Shown here piece after piece: positions 47,846 through 61,283 of a stretch of 64,000 nucleotides of DNA. A model generated the notes under the pieces. That model was not told the DNA's origin and ran no database searches. It saw only the letters and a program-made list of their open reading frames with translations. Position numbers and translations under genes: made by a program. This DNA comes from Leucoraja erinacea (Eukaryota): contig NC_073396.1 of the NCBI RefSeq assembly GCF_028641065.1, positions 10,416,001 through 10,480,000 on the forward strand. Reading direction: 5' to 3'. Each line of letters starts with the position of its first letter. The stretch's first letter is position 1.

Positions 47846-50404
47846 GCGTAAAGCCTGAAGTCATCGTGCTATACTGCCTTCATCAGAGTCCTGAATTCTC
47901 TGGAGCAGAACTTACTTCTACTCTGAACTGACAACTGCCTTGCCTGCAGGCCAATTGTTCCTGATAGATGATGCTTTTAAACTACTCTTGACTGTAAATA
48001 AAGTGTCAGTATCTCAGCAGCTGCCAGTGGCTGGTAGGTTGTAGACACAAGTAGCTGCCATTGCGGGGATCTTGACCAAAATGTAAAGGGCAGGAAGGGC
48101 TCAATGGGTCAGGCAGCATCTGTGGAGGGAATGGACAGACAACATTTCAGACTAATGGGGTAGGAGGGAGAATGCTGGAATAGAGGGGTGGGGTGGTGCA
48201 AAAGCTGGCAGATGATAAGGGAAGATGTTTGAAAACCTGGGGAGCAGAAAGAATCACAGGGGGCTGGGGGCAGTGAGAGAGGGCCTCCCAGGACTCCATA
48301 TTCATATGTTATAGTAGTAGAATCATGCCATTTGGCCCATTGTGTCTACTACGTCATTCAATCATGGCTGATCAATCTTTCACCCTCAACCCCATTGTCC
48401 TGCCTTCTCCCCATAACCACTGACACCCGTACTATTCAAGAATCATATCAATCTCCGCCTTGGTAATATCCATAGACTTGTCCTCCACCGCCTTCTGTGG
48501 CAATGAATTCCACACATTCACCACCCTCTGATAAAATAAATTCCTCCTCATCTCCTTGGAGAATCCAGTTGGAGAGAGGAGGAAAACATCTTCAAAGTTG
48601 ACACACTTTAAGGAGATTTTGCTGTAGAGCAGGAAAATAGAGACAATACATATGCTAGAATCTTGAACAGAACACAAAGTGCTGGAGGAACTCACAGGTC
48701 AGGCAGCATCTGTGGAGAGAAATGGCCAGATGGCATGATTGGCTGCTATTTCTTTGTTTCTCTATTGACTCAACAAATCCTGATTAGGGTGTTAATTAGT
48801 TGCTGCTTGAAAGAAAGCACAAGGCACAGGGAAATGTGGAGTTACTGGCAAGATGTCAAAACCAAAACTGTCTTGTAAAAATCAGAAGGGGTTGTGGATT
48901 GAGGGGATGTGAGGGGCAGATACATGAGTCAGTGTTTGCAGAGTTTATTGTTGGATAATAGCTGGATTGCACGGTATGTAGCAGTGTAGGGATAGAACTC
49001 AGAAATGAACTTTGCTCTCCTTGGTCCTATGTAGCATTCAATTAAATATTTTCCTGCTCTTTCCTGCTCCTGGCATTGACCATGTTAGTGATCTTCCGTC
49101 ACATGTGTATATAATGGATCTGAATGATTCTCCAACCCTGAAAGTAGACTCTCTCTCTTCTCCCACAGCATGTCCACCAAGGTGCTCTAAACCTCTCATA
49201 CCCCTCTCTGCCCTGCACCCACATTACAGTTTAGTTTATAGTCACATGTACCGAGGTGCAGTGAAAAGCTTCTGTTGTGTGCTATCCATTCAGCAGAAAG
49301 ACAATACATGATATTACAATCGACCCTTTTACAGGGTATAGATACATGATAAGTCCACTATTCTAAACCTTCTCAACATCTAATGGCAATTAATCAAATG
49401 TCCTTTAAGATATACTGGCATTAACTCAAACTGATCACTCTAGAAATTGCACGCTGCAGGTGCTGGAACTGGACTGTCTGCAGGGGGGATAGCCCTGTTT
49501 GGCGCAGCCACCACCAAGACTCAGTGGGAACAAGCCTAAAGTTTTTGACTCGCCCACCTTGGGCTTACTATGGTCCACTAACACCATAAAAAACCCTTGG
49601 ACTTTTTGGTCACAGAATGTTTAAGAGAAAAAAAAGATGTCTCACTAATATAATGCTAATAGATTAATAGATGGATGTCAGGGGTTATGGGGAGAAGGCA
49701 GGAGAATGGGGTTAGGAGGGAGAGATAGATCAGCCATGATTGAATGGCAGAGTAGACTTGATGGGCCGAATATTCTAATTCTGCTCCTATCACATAAATC
49801 ATGCAATTCTTTCAATATAAATAGCACTGATGAACTTAAAGAACATTTTGAGGGGGATATACTGCTGCGAGACTCTAAAATTGTGATTATGGAGTGAGAG
49901 AAGAAACTTCAGATGATGCCTGTGTCAATTCATATTGATGGAATTAATTAAATATGGCATATCTTTGCACTTTGCAACATCTTCACTATTTTGTGTAGGA
50001 AGGAACTGCAGATGCTGGTTTATACTGACGAGAGACACAAAATGCTGGAGTAACTCAGCGGGTCAGACAGCATCTCTAGAGGAAAGAATCGTTTCGGGTT
50101 GAAACCCTTCTTCCACTATTTTGTACGTGTCGATAACTTGAAAGGTTAGTGTTTAGAATTATTCAATAATATGTTTATCAGAAACATTATACTAAATTTC
50201 ATTGACTTTTCTCTCTCCTAAGGATTTTCTATCTGGCATGATTGATACTACGAGAACATAGAACAGTACAGCATAGGAACAGTGCCTTCAGCTCACAATG
50301 TCTGTGCCAGAAGTGATACCAAGATGCACTAATCTTAAAGAAGATAGACACAAAAGGCTGGAGTAACTCAGCGGGACAGGCAGCACCTCTGGAGAGAAGG
50401 AATG

Positions 50405-50438
50405 GGTGACGTTTCGGGTCGAGACCCTTCTTCAGACC
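50405..50438 (-). ncRNA. Minimal type-I hammerhead ribozyme motif (pLTR subfamily A)
   Basis: Minus strand GGT-CTGAAGA-A-GGGTC-TC-GACCC-GAAA-CG-TC^ACC. Stem I GGU/ACC, stem II 5 bp, palindromic ACGU stem III, GUC cleavage triplet. Confidence 0.7.
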
Positions 50439-51651
50439 TTGCGTTAAACTGATCTGCCTGCACATGATCCATTATTCCTCCATTCCCCTGCAGTATTTTG
50501 TGGCCTTTGAAGTATACATACAGGTACACAATACTAGCCTGCCCTGGAGGCATATGTACTGGGGTGTACGTATCCGAACATTGAATGGTAGGCCTTTCTG
50601 TGGTCTGTGCAGTCACCTGCTGGAATTGTCGCAGCGTTACAGTAAGAAGACAGATAGCAAACCTGCACTTAAGGAGGAAACAAAGCATAAAGTTTATTAT
50701 CAATGGTAATGTATTTTTGCAGTTATTATGCAAAAATGCAGGGTTTATGTTTGTTTCTTTTGGGGATGGATAAATCTTTTACAATCATTCATTCTGTGAT
50801 CTTGTCGGCAACGTTTACAAATAAAATGATACTCGTCAATGTGTTTAAGAAGGAACTGCAGATGCTGGAAAATCGAAGGTACACAAAAGTGCTGGAGAAA
50901 CTCAGCGGGTGCAGCAGCATCTATGGAGCAAAGGAAATAGGGAACGTTTCGGGCCGAAACCTTTCCTACTCACCGATGCAGTTTGGGCTATGTCACATCC
51001 AAACCACATCCAAAATGACAACACTTCTTTACCAGGGCCTCTAAATCTTGGGGTTTTCTGCCATCCTCTCTGTCTGATTACAGATGGGAAGCAAGGACAT
51101 TGTTTTTAGAAGTCAAGAGCAGAATTTCTGGTTCCCTTTCCACGACCATTTCCCCACCCCTTTCTGTTCTCAGAGGTGGTATTGATGGTTAAATCTTTAT
51201 TTTTAAAAAGCACATGCCTCATTTTATCCCCCAGGTTAATCAATGTGTCTTGGTGCCTTCAATTAGTGCATTCGGCTGAATATCGATTGTAAATCAATAA
51301 TTATATACATTTTTTTCAAATTCAGTGATGTGCTAATTATAGGTTATTCATTATTATGTGATGCTTTGAAAGCAAAAAAATACTTATAAGCAAACATACT
51401 TAGCATTATAAGCAAACATAAACAGCATTAATCACTAGTTTGCCGTTTCTGAAAGTACCACTCCCTTGACTGAAACTTTGACTCATACTTTGTTGAGTCT
51501 GCGAAGGGATTTTCTCCGACCAGAGGGGCTTTGTCCTTGGCATCCATTTAGAGTCCTTTCCTCTAATTCTGGCTCAGATCTGAATCTTGGAAGCTTTGTT
51601 TTGCAAGCTCTCCATTCAGATCAGGTATCACTATACACAAATTCAATCAAG

Positions 51652-52245
51652 TCCGATTCAGATTCAGATTCAGATTCAACTTTATTGTCATTGTGCAGTG
51701 TACAGTAAAGAGACAACGAAATGCAGTGTCAAACTCAAGTACACTAGATTGATGCAGGGTGAAGAATATAGTTCTCAGCACTAAAGCGCACCAGTTCCGT
51801 AGACAGAGTCCAATGTCCGCACTGGGGTAGAAGTGAATCAGACGTTAACTTAGCTTATGGAAGGACCATTCAGAAGCCTGATTACAGAGAGGAAGAGGCC
51901 ATTCCTGGAGTCTGGTGTGCACATTATCAAGCTCCTGTATCTTCTGCCCGATGGAAGCAGGGAGAAGGAAGAACGACCAGGATGGGACAAGTCTCTGATT
52001 ATGTTTGCTGCTTCTCTGAGTCAGCGTGAAATGTAGATGCAGTCAATGGTACAAAGTCTGGCCTGTGTGGTGGACTGGGCTACATCCACAGCTCTCTGCA
52101 ATTTCTTGTGGTCTTATGCAGAGCTATTCTAAAACCAAACTGTGATGCAACCGGACAGTACTCTTTCTAAGGTGCTGCAGATGTTTGCCGAATTTTGTCT
52201 ATACCGTAGGAACTAGAGGCGCTGGTGTGTTTTCTTGGTTGCCAC
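51652..52245 (-). mobile_element. Rex1/Babar-like LINE 3' fragment with (TGAATC)n tail
   Basis: Reverse complement of ..LLPSGRRYRSL.. coding. (GATTCA)n at 51655-51678. Confidence 0.7.
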
Positions 52246-52561
52246 TTCTTTCTGTTCTCTCTGTTAACTTAATTCTTTACACACAACCAGGAACCAGGGT
52301 GAATTCTTCAGATTCCAGTGTCTATAGTTTAATTAGCTTTCCAGGGAGAATCCTGTGATACTTGGCAGAGTTACACTTGATCAATGCACAGCAGGTAATT
52401 GCAATTTGGCAAATATGAAGGATTTGTTCATCAGAGATTGGATTATCTCTGCGGTTCAGGAGTTCAGCCCCAGGGCACAGTTACTTCACGAGGTAAACAC
52501 TGGAAAATTGCAACGCTGCAGAGTGTGCACACTCAGGCTAGACATGCAACATCACAGCAAC

Positions 52562-53520
52562 ACGGGTGGCACAACAGTAGAGTTGCTGCCTTATAGTGCC
52601 AGAGACCCGGCTTTGATCCTGACTACAGGTGCTGTCTGTACGGAGTTTGTACGTTCTCCCTGTGACTGCATGGGTACTCCAGTTTCCTCCCACACTCCAA
52701 AGACGTACAAAACATATAGAAACATAGAAACATAGAAATTAGGTGCAGGAGTAGGCCATTCGGCCCTTCGAGCCTGCACCGCCATTCAATATGATCATGG
52801 CTGATCATCCAACTCAGTATCCCGTACCTGCCTTCTCTCCATACCCTCTGATCCCCTTAGCCACAAGGGCCACATCTAACTCCCTCTTAAATATAGCCAA
52901 TGAACTGGCCTCGACTACCCTCTGTGGCAGAGAGTTCCAGAGATTCACCATATGTGTATAGTGAATATAGTTCTCACTACGTAGGTTAATTTGGCTTCGG
53001 AAAAACATTGTACATTGTCCCTAGTGTGTGGGATAGTGTTAGCGTACGGTGATCACTGCTCGGCGCGGGACTATCATATGTTGAAAAAATTGAGCGATTG
53101 GGCTTATATACACTGGAATTTAGAAGGATGACAGGAGATCTTATTGGAACATATAAGATTATTAAGGGATTGGACACGGTAGAGGCAGGAAACATGTTCC
53201 CAATGTTGGGGGAGTCCAGAACCAGGGGCCACAGTTTAAGAATAAGGGGTACGCCATTGAGAACGGAGACGAGAAAAAACTTTTTCACCCAGAGAGTGTA
53301 GAATCTGTGGAATTCTCTGCCTTAGAAGGCAGTGGAGGCCGATTCTCTGGATGCTTTCAAGAGAGAGTTATATAGATAGATAGCTCAAGGGATATGGGGA
53401 GAAGGCAGGAACGGGGTACTGATTGTAGATGATCAGCCATGATCACAGTGAATGGCAGTGCAGGCTCGAAGGGCCGAATGGTCTACTCCTGCACCTATTG
53501 TCTATTGTCTATTGTCTACC
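52562..53520. mobile_element. Nested complex: HE1 SINE split by a minus-strand CR1 3' fragment, followed by a plus-strand CR1 fragment
   Basis: SINE 52562-52708 resumes at ~52980 (GTAGGTTAAT). CR1 at 52708-52950 (-) and ~53068-53518 (+). Confidence 0.8.
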
Positions 53521-55014
53521 CAGCTGAGATATGGCATGGTTTCATTTATACACTAAACTCCTATCAAATTGCAAAATCAAAGGTTGGGCCAGTTCGCGTG
53601 TATGGAACAAGTTTGTCACCACACCTCACATAAATCCCAGTCTGTGTGGAAGTCCTCATCATAAGACCACAAGATATAGGAGCAGAATTAGGCCATGCAG
53701 CACATCGAGTCTACTCCGCCATATGATCATGGCTGATCTATTTTTCCCTCTCAAACCCATTTTTCCCCCTTTTTCCCTCATAACCTTTGATGCCCTTCCT
53801 TATCAAGAACCTATCAATCTCCACCTTAAATATACCCAATGTCGGCCTCCACATCTGTCTGAGGCAATGCTTTCTACAGATTCACCACCCTCTGGATAAT
53901 GAAACTCATCGTTATCTCCATTTATTCTGAGGCTGTGTCATCCGGTTTGAAACTCCCCCATTACTGGAAACATCCTTTCCACGTCCACTCAATCTAGACC
54001 TTTTCATTATCCAGAAGGTTTCAATGAGACCCCCCCACATGCTTCTAGTCTCCAGCGAGTGCAGATCAATTCAACCATTAACTCAACATATTGCCTCCTT
54101 TCGCCTTCACTGCTGAGGGGTTTGGTCTAATTAAGCACACTCTGCAAATCCAGTGACCTTTCTTCAGTCTTGGTCAGTGACGATCTGACCTCTCTCTACT
54201 GCGCGACAAAGTGCAAAGCCCTCCTTAACTATATCTTTCAAGTATGGTCAACTCAGACACACCATATGATTAATACACTGCATCCTTTGCAATGCAGCAG
54301 ATTGGATAGAGCAAGGGAGATTAGCAGAGTATAGACTCAGTGACATGTTAGCGGGGGGAGTGGTCGCATTATCTGTGAATTAAGTTGTCAAAATGCCACA
54401 TCAAAGCCCGAACCATTTGGCAGCTGACCTACAGCTCGCAATAGCTGACTGACTCGAATCTGGGCAAAATACCGGTCTGATGGGAATTCAGTAAAGTTAA
54501 TCACATCGACAATAATGAAGCAGGCAGCGTTATTCTGCCCTCGAAACTGGTGACTGCAGCCAAATTGGATACACTCGGTGAATCCAGCGACCTTTTTCCA
54601 AGCCAAGTTAACATGATGATGATTTAATTAACTCTGCACATCTTGAGAATTTTTTTAAACGCAAAATTGCTTAAGATTAATTCCAGAATTAACTCCATGC
54701 AACTAGAGAGCAGTGGGACTATTTTAGTGAACCAATGTTATATAGAGAGTCATATGAATATAATTGTAATTTATGATATCTGAATTATTTTATTTTTAAA
54801 TCATTTTTTATTATTTTCTTCTTTTAAGTGACTCTCGCATTGCCAGCCATCACAGCTCTCCCCACAGTTGCTCTTTTGTTTGTGTAACCAAGGATATACT
54901 ACTGATACCAGGTCAAATTGCAAAGCAGCATGGAGTCAATCACACAGCAGATAGGATTTAGGGCACATTGGAGCCCAACTATCTCCCACAAAGACCATAA
55001 TCTGCTTTGATCTG

Positions 55015-55204
55015 TCCTTTTCACACCTTACCCTTCCATATCCCTAGACTCCCTCTCCCCTGACTCTCAATGTGAAGAAGGGTCTCAACCCGAAACGTCA
55101 CCCATTCCTTCTCTCCAGAGATGCAGCCTGTCCTGCTGAGGTACTCCAGCATTTTGTGTCTATCTTTGATGTATAACCAGTATCTGCAGTTCCTTCCTAC
55201 ACAC
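55015..55204 (+). repeat. Penelope-pLTR repeat with pyrimidine-rich leader
   Basis: CCCCTGACTCTCAATGTGAAGAAGGGTCTCAACCCGAAACGTCACCC..CTGCAGTTCCTTCCTACAC. Confidence 0.75.
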
Positions 55205-55289
55205 TTCCTCCCACACAGGGCGTTCTGTGGCCTGTCTCTACTTCTAGTGCAAAATAGCTTTACAACCAGTGCCATCTCCAAGCTCACTT

Positions 55290-55672
55290 GCTTGTATTAA
55301 AAGTATGTTGGTGGAAGGGCATTTTTTGAACTGGAGGCCTGTGACTTGGTCTGTACCTCAAGAATCGGTGCTGAATCCATTGCCATTTGTGGTTTATATC
55401 AACGATTTGGATGAGAATGTAGTGTACATGGCATGATTAGTAAGTTTGTAGATGACACTAAAGTGGGTGATATTGTAGATCATGAAGATGGTTACCAAAA
55501 ATTACAGCAAGCTATTGATCATCTGGGCAAGTGGGCTGAGGTATGGCGAATGGAGTTTAATGCAGATACGTGCAAAGTGGTGCATTTTGGGAAGTCAAAC
55601 TAGGGCAGGATCTTCAATGTGAATGGTAGTGCCTTGGGGAGTGTTGTAGAGCAGGGGGTTTGAGGGGTACTG
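55290..55672 (+). mobile_element. CR1 RT internal fragment
   Basis: ..VPQESVL..FVVYINDLDENV..KFVDDTKVG remnant. Confidence 0.75.
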
Positions 55673-55848
55673 GTAAGGACTAACCAGTGGACTAACTCAA
55701 CAGGTCAACTAGCATCTCCATTTAAATAATGTGTAATACCAGCTCAAGCCCAGCATAGGATGAATGTAGAACAAAAGTCCTTCTACATATGAGTTGCAGG
55801 AGCGTACAGTGGAGGAATACGTGAGCTTCCTACTGTATATGTGTAAAT

Positions 55849-56134
55849 AGTTTAGTTTAGAGATACAGCACGAAAACAGGCCCTTCGGCCCACCGAGCCC
55901 CCATGACCAGCGATCCCTACACACACACACTAGGGACAATTTACATTTATACAAAGCCAATTAGCCTACAAACCTGTACATCTTTGGAGTGTGGGAGGAA
56001 ACTGAACATCACGGTCATGGGGAGAACGCACAAACTCCGTACAGACACCATCCCGTAGTCGGGATCAAATCCGCATCTCCGGCGCTGAAAGCACTGTAAG
56101 ACAGCAACTCTACCACTGCGCCACTGTGCCACCC
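55849..56134 (-). mobile_element. HE1-type V-SINE
   Basis: Reverse complement of the HE1 head/core/tail. Confidence 0.88.
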
Positions 56135-56554
56135 TTACAGGTAGTACATGAATCAACATTCCTGTGTTATAACCTTGGCAGGGAGAACAGAATTTACCAT
56201 TCACTAATTTTCCTTTTCTTCTTCCATCTGTGAGATCCCACTACTCAATTTCTTCCATGTATTCCACCCACGCTGTGCCCGAGAACATTATCTCTCCCCT
56301 GGTATTAGGTTGTTTAGTGTTCTTGCTGTTGTGACAGTCTCAAGAATCAAGAGTGTTTAATTGTCATATGTAATGACAACAGACCAATAAATGTCTTACA
56401 TGTAGCAGCTTAATAGTCCTATAAATGTAACACACTCAGATAATACATATTATTTTTAAACATTCAATAAATTACTTACTGTAACATTAGTTCAAAACCC
56501 AAAGCCCATGGTGCAAACAAATACAGTCCATAGAGGTTCATAGTTGCCGAGGTT

Positions 56555-57092
56555 ATAAGGTCATGAGTGATAGGAGCAGAATTAGGCCATTCAGTCCATC
56601 AAATCTACTCGACCATTCAATCATGGCTGATCTAACTCTCCCTCCTAACCCCAATCTCCTACCTTCTTCCCATAACCCCTGACACCCGTAATAATTAAGG
56701 ATCTATCTATTTCCGCCTTAAAAATATCCATTGACTTGACCTCCACAGCCTTCTGTGGCAAAGAATTCCACAGATTCACCTCCCTCTAACTATAGAATTT
56801 CCTCCTCATCTCCTTCCTATGGGAATGTCCTTTAATTCTGAGGCTATGACCTCTAGCCCTAGACTCTCCCACTAGTGGAAGCATCCTCTCCACTCTATCC
56901 AAAGCCTTTCACTATTTAGTGTGTTTCAATGAGGTCCCATCCCTCATTCTTCTAAACTCCAGCGAGTACAGGCCCAGTGCTGTCAAACGCTCATCATATG
57001 CTAACCCACTCATTCCTGGGATCATTCTTGTAAATCTCCTCTGGACCCTCTCCAGAGCCAGCACATCCTTCCTCAGATATGGTGCCCAAAAT
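56555..57092 (-). mobile_element. CR1 LINE 3' fragment
   Basis: FWAPYLRKDVLALERVQRRFTRMIPGMSGLAYDERL.. Confidence 0.88.
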
Positions 57093-58071
57093 TTGCGTAG
57101 TGCCTGATGGTTGCCGGGCAGAATCCTCAATTGGTCCGTCTGCCGTGATAAACATATTGGTATCGGTTTAGTATTGTCACAGGCACTGAGATACAGTGAA
57201 AAGTTTTTTGTTTGCATGCTATCCAAATCAGATAATACAATCAAGCCGTTGACGAACAGTGAGAGCAAAGAGAAAAATACCACAGTAAAGTATATAGTAC
57301 AGGTAGATATCCTTTTAGTTCAATTCAGTTTACTTTAATCATGCACAGTCATTCCGCTGACTGGATAACCATATAATCATATAACCATTACAGCACGGAA
57401 ACAGGCCATCTCGGCCCTTCAAGTCCGTGCTGAACACTTTTTTTTCCCTTCCCCCCCCTAGTCCCATCTACCTGCACTCAGACCATAACCCTCCATTCCT
57501 TTCCCGTTCATATACCTATCCAATTTATTTTTAAATGAAAAAAATGATAGCATGCCACAAAAAAAAACTTTTCACTGTACATGAGAGAAGAAACTAAACA
57601 AAGAAAAAGTTGTGAATCACCTGAACCCAATTGATCCACAAAACAGTCCCCCAATCTGTGTTTGTGTTGTGCAGCCCAATGACATAATTTCAACACATCT
57701 TTACCTGAATACTACTTACAATCAAATAAAAGGCACAGTGTTGCTGCATTTACTTTAATTTAAATACTGTAGCTTTCAGACCAAATGCTGAAAAAGATAC
57801 ATTTTCAGATATACCGGTGTTACATATATTTAATACACACAGATAATGTGAAGAAAGTAGCAACAAAACTCTTTTGAGAACACCAACTAACATGAAACTA
57901 ATTTTGGAAGTACAGTATAAGAAATGTTCTCAACTAACAAAATCTTTCTTTTGAGCATTTTACCATCAAACTGCAACCAACCACAACCACAATCCAGTAA
58001 GTATATACATAAAAATATATATATATATATATATATGATTTGTAAGGTTTGTAGATAATTCATACATCAAC

Positions 58072-58279
58072 TTATTGCACAGGGACTTTCTTTTTTGGAA
58101 CCAGAACTTTTCTCTTGGGGAAATTCACCCGTTGCCTGGGCGTTTCGGCAAGCTTAAGTTTCATTTCATCAACGGTGACTTCCAGAGCACTGAATTTTTC
58201 AGTCAGATCTCCGAGGTGTTCTTTCAGTGAATTGAACTCTTTAAAGAGATCACCAAGCGCGTCGGAGAGAGGTGAGATC
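58072..58279 (-). CDS. Terminal coding exon (ISPLSDALGDLFKEFNSLKEHLGDLTEKFSALEVTVDEMKLKLAETPRQRVNFPKRKVLVPKKKVPVQ*)
   Basis: Acceptor ttctctttcag|G. 208 nt ending in TAA, with a heptad pattern. Total CDS 100+130+208=438 nt = 145 aa + stop. Confidence 0.85.
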
Positions 58280-60479
58280 CTGAAAGAGAACAGAAATGGT
58301 TTTTTTTTTAAATGCTCCAAAGCATGTGGACCCGACTTTGGAGTTTGGACTTTTTCTTTGTTAACGGCGCCACACAAAAAGTCTGACATTTGGAGGTATG
58401 TCACGCTTCCCTATTTCTTGCCCAAAATATGGGCACTGTGCATTTGTGGGTTGTGCAAAAGAATTTCTCTGTGCTGTGCATACGTGGCTATAAAGAACCA
58501 TTAAACCATTGACAAATGCAACACATTTTACATGGTCGCTGTTCTTAAATTTAAAAGTAAAGGTATTTTAAAAAGGTATGAAAAGTAATCTCTTTTTTGG
58601 CCAGCATTTTCTATTTTCTCCCTCTTTTAGGTTATTCTAAGTTATCAGAGCTAGCAACTGGTTCTACCATCTTTGCTTTTGGGCTGGGATTTTGAAGGAA
58701 TGCCATGCTGGGCTAGTGATTTGCTTCCTGATTTCCCCTCCCTCCATGCGAGGAAGTAACACGCACTCATATTTCTACTGCTGTGACTTGTGCTCCATAT
58801 CTATGTATATATATATATATATGTATATACTTGGGCTATGTTACTCTGCAGATCAGTGAGAGGCATCAGAACATAGAACAGTACAGCACTGGGACAGGTC
58901 CTTCGGCCCACAATGCCTGTGTCGAGAAGTATGCCAAGACCAAGATCATGGTGCCATAGTACAACGGTGAGTACTTATTTTGCCTTTAAGGATCTTGTTC
59001 CACATTGTAATCCTATGCAAATAATTTACAGATTTACGAATTGCATTTGACGGTATCTGAAAAGTGAGTAAATTCACATCCAGGTTGTCCACAGTGGATA
59101 TGGTCCAAATTTATCCCCACCTTTCAACTGGTGGATCTGATTTTAAAGTTATAATAGGTCAAATAAATTCCTATGAAATTCTGGTAAATGTTGTTTTGTA
59201 CAAAGAGGCATTTTGGTACTTTTTGAATTACCCTACAACAAATTCAATAAATGATGTGTGACAACTTCATTGTGCCAGTGTAAGTTACTTCACAAATACA
59301 TTAGTTTGTCCTACAACTTGCTGAAAGACGCGCAGGTATTATATTTGCCTGTGTATTTATTTGTAGATTTGGGATGGGAAAAACAACGTGAAACATTCCA
59401 GTTTAAAACAGGATCTTTTCCTAACATTGTAGCAATTTTCAATATTGCCCCGTTCCATATTCCATGGTGGTATTTGCAAATGTAATATGTTGAAATAAGA
59501 ATTCCCCCATTCCGCTCAACAAAATCAAGCATCATTAAAGTGTGGTCTAAGATTTTTGATGTTTGTTTTTAAAAGTTCATTATATCACGGATTATGCACA
59601 CCAATCAAATATATCAGGTGGTCTTGAAAACACAAGAGCTCCTGAATTTTAATTTATGTTTTTTCTAGTAAGCTTTGCTTTCTAAATTTTTTAGTACTAC
59701 CCTGTACCTTGATCAATATGACAGTTTTTGGACACAGGTGAAGTTATTTAGGTGGATCAATAACAGTCAATGCTTTGAAGCTTCAATCTTTTCTCCTTAC
59801 AAGAGCCAAACCCCATCTTTGGTGTTGAGTCAGACTCTGCTGTACCTGTTTGCCAAAAAAACGATGAAAAATGCATCCAAGATTGTGCTAGCCTGGAATA
59901 AATTGTACCAAATAATTCATAACTGATGTTCTGTCACTTAACTTTGCAAAAACATTTTAATCTCAGGCTCTTTGAATTCTATTTTCAGGCACAGATTACC
60001 ATTTGGAAATTTAGGCTTCAGCAACTAACATTGGTGCAAAATGCAAGTGCAAAATGATAGCTCCAACACTGCATTAAAAGTTGCCAAACCAAACAGATGT
60101 CTGAAATATTTACTTAGCAGGTTTCTGATTTTTCTTTTAACTTAACCATTGCGTTGAGGTATAAATCTGTTGAAAATTCCTTCCATTCATAGTTCTATCG
60201 CAGAGAAACAATTTGAGTTAGCAAAAAAAAGCCATATTTCTATTTGTAATTTTAACAAATAAGGTCTTACATTAAATTATATAACCAAGAGCCATTACAT
60301 TTAATGTTGAAATGCCCATTTAATCTAAAAGTGAATCTATACGTGAATCAGCTAAATAATATCAGTACTCCAGTATTAATGCTACATCTCATTCAAAGGA
60401 AATTCCCATTATAGCTTGATTTTGGTTAAAGGCAATAAAATCAATCAGTTTTGAGTTATTGCATCGAAACACCCATCAC

Positions 60480-60609
60480 CTGGCATAGTCAGGGAGGAGA
60501 GACTGGTGATCTTGAGTCAGCGAGTTTCTCATCTGAGTCAAAATGTCAAATCTCCAGTTGTCCAATATCTCTGTCAAATTGGCCACTCCGCGCATATTAA
60601 CCTTACCGG
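60480..60609 (-). CDS. Coding exon 2 (SGKVNMRGVANLTEILDNWRFDILTQMRNSLTQDHQSLLPDYAR)
   Basis: Acceptor tttttgcag|CC and donor CCAG|GTGATG. 130 nt, phase 1 in and phase 2 out, open frame compatible with both flanking exons. Confidence 0.85.
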
Positions 60610-61183
60610 CTGCAAAAAAAATATGTATGTAATATTCATATTATTCAACTGTTTCAATGAAAGAAAATGATAGCACGGTTCAGATTATCTACTGTTGCAT
60701 TTATTATTTGACATACTAAGATATTACTAAGAAACATTTTGGGGGAGCAATGTTAAATTACAATTGAAATTAGAAATAGTATTTAAAACTGCAATCTTTA
60801 TTACTTTTCCAGAACAACGCCTTTGAGACCCAATAAAATAATTTTGATCAAACTATAATGTTGGAATGTTATTTCAGGTTACAAAAATCCTCGGGAGTTT
60901 TTTCTCTACTCTAATTTCTAACTTTATTAGTCAAGTATGGAAACATAAGAACAAAAAAAAAATCATGTTGGTCATCAAAGTAACTCTCATCAATTGAAGT
61001 CTAGTTCCTCTAGATGATTGGATCTGGAATTCTCAGACATTTTAAAGCACAATTAATCGATGACAAGGAGAATATTGCTTACATCCAAAGATAGACACAA
61101 AATGCTGGAGTAGCTCAGCGGGATAGGTAGCATCTCCAGAGGGAAGGAATGGGTTAGTTTACATCCATCTCTGAATTACTTAC

Positions 61184-61283
61184 ATCCATCTCTGTAGTTC
61201 CACACATCGCTTGGTGGCGGTCTCTTTTTGCTCTGAACCATGGTCAAAAGAAACAGGGAAATCACAAAGAGCCTGAGAAACAT
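61184..61283 (-). CDS. Coding exon 1 of an uncharacterised secreted coiled-coil protein (MFLRLFVISLFLLTMVQSKKRPPPSDVWNYRDG), includes signal peptide
   Basis: ATG at 61283 followed by a hydrophobic signal-peptide-like stretch. Exon ends GATGGAT|GTAAGT (consensus donor, phase 1). Upstream acceptor ttcttcag|G at 61322 gives a 39-nt 5'UTR part. Splices in frame to the next two exons. Confidence 0.85.

Noticed and set aside
58280-58404. N-terminal part of the 110-aa ORF 58072-58404
   Set aside because: Intronic. It contains the polypyrimidine tract and AG acceptor at 58280; real coding starts at 58279.
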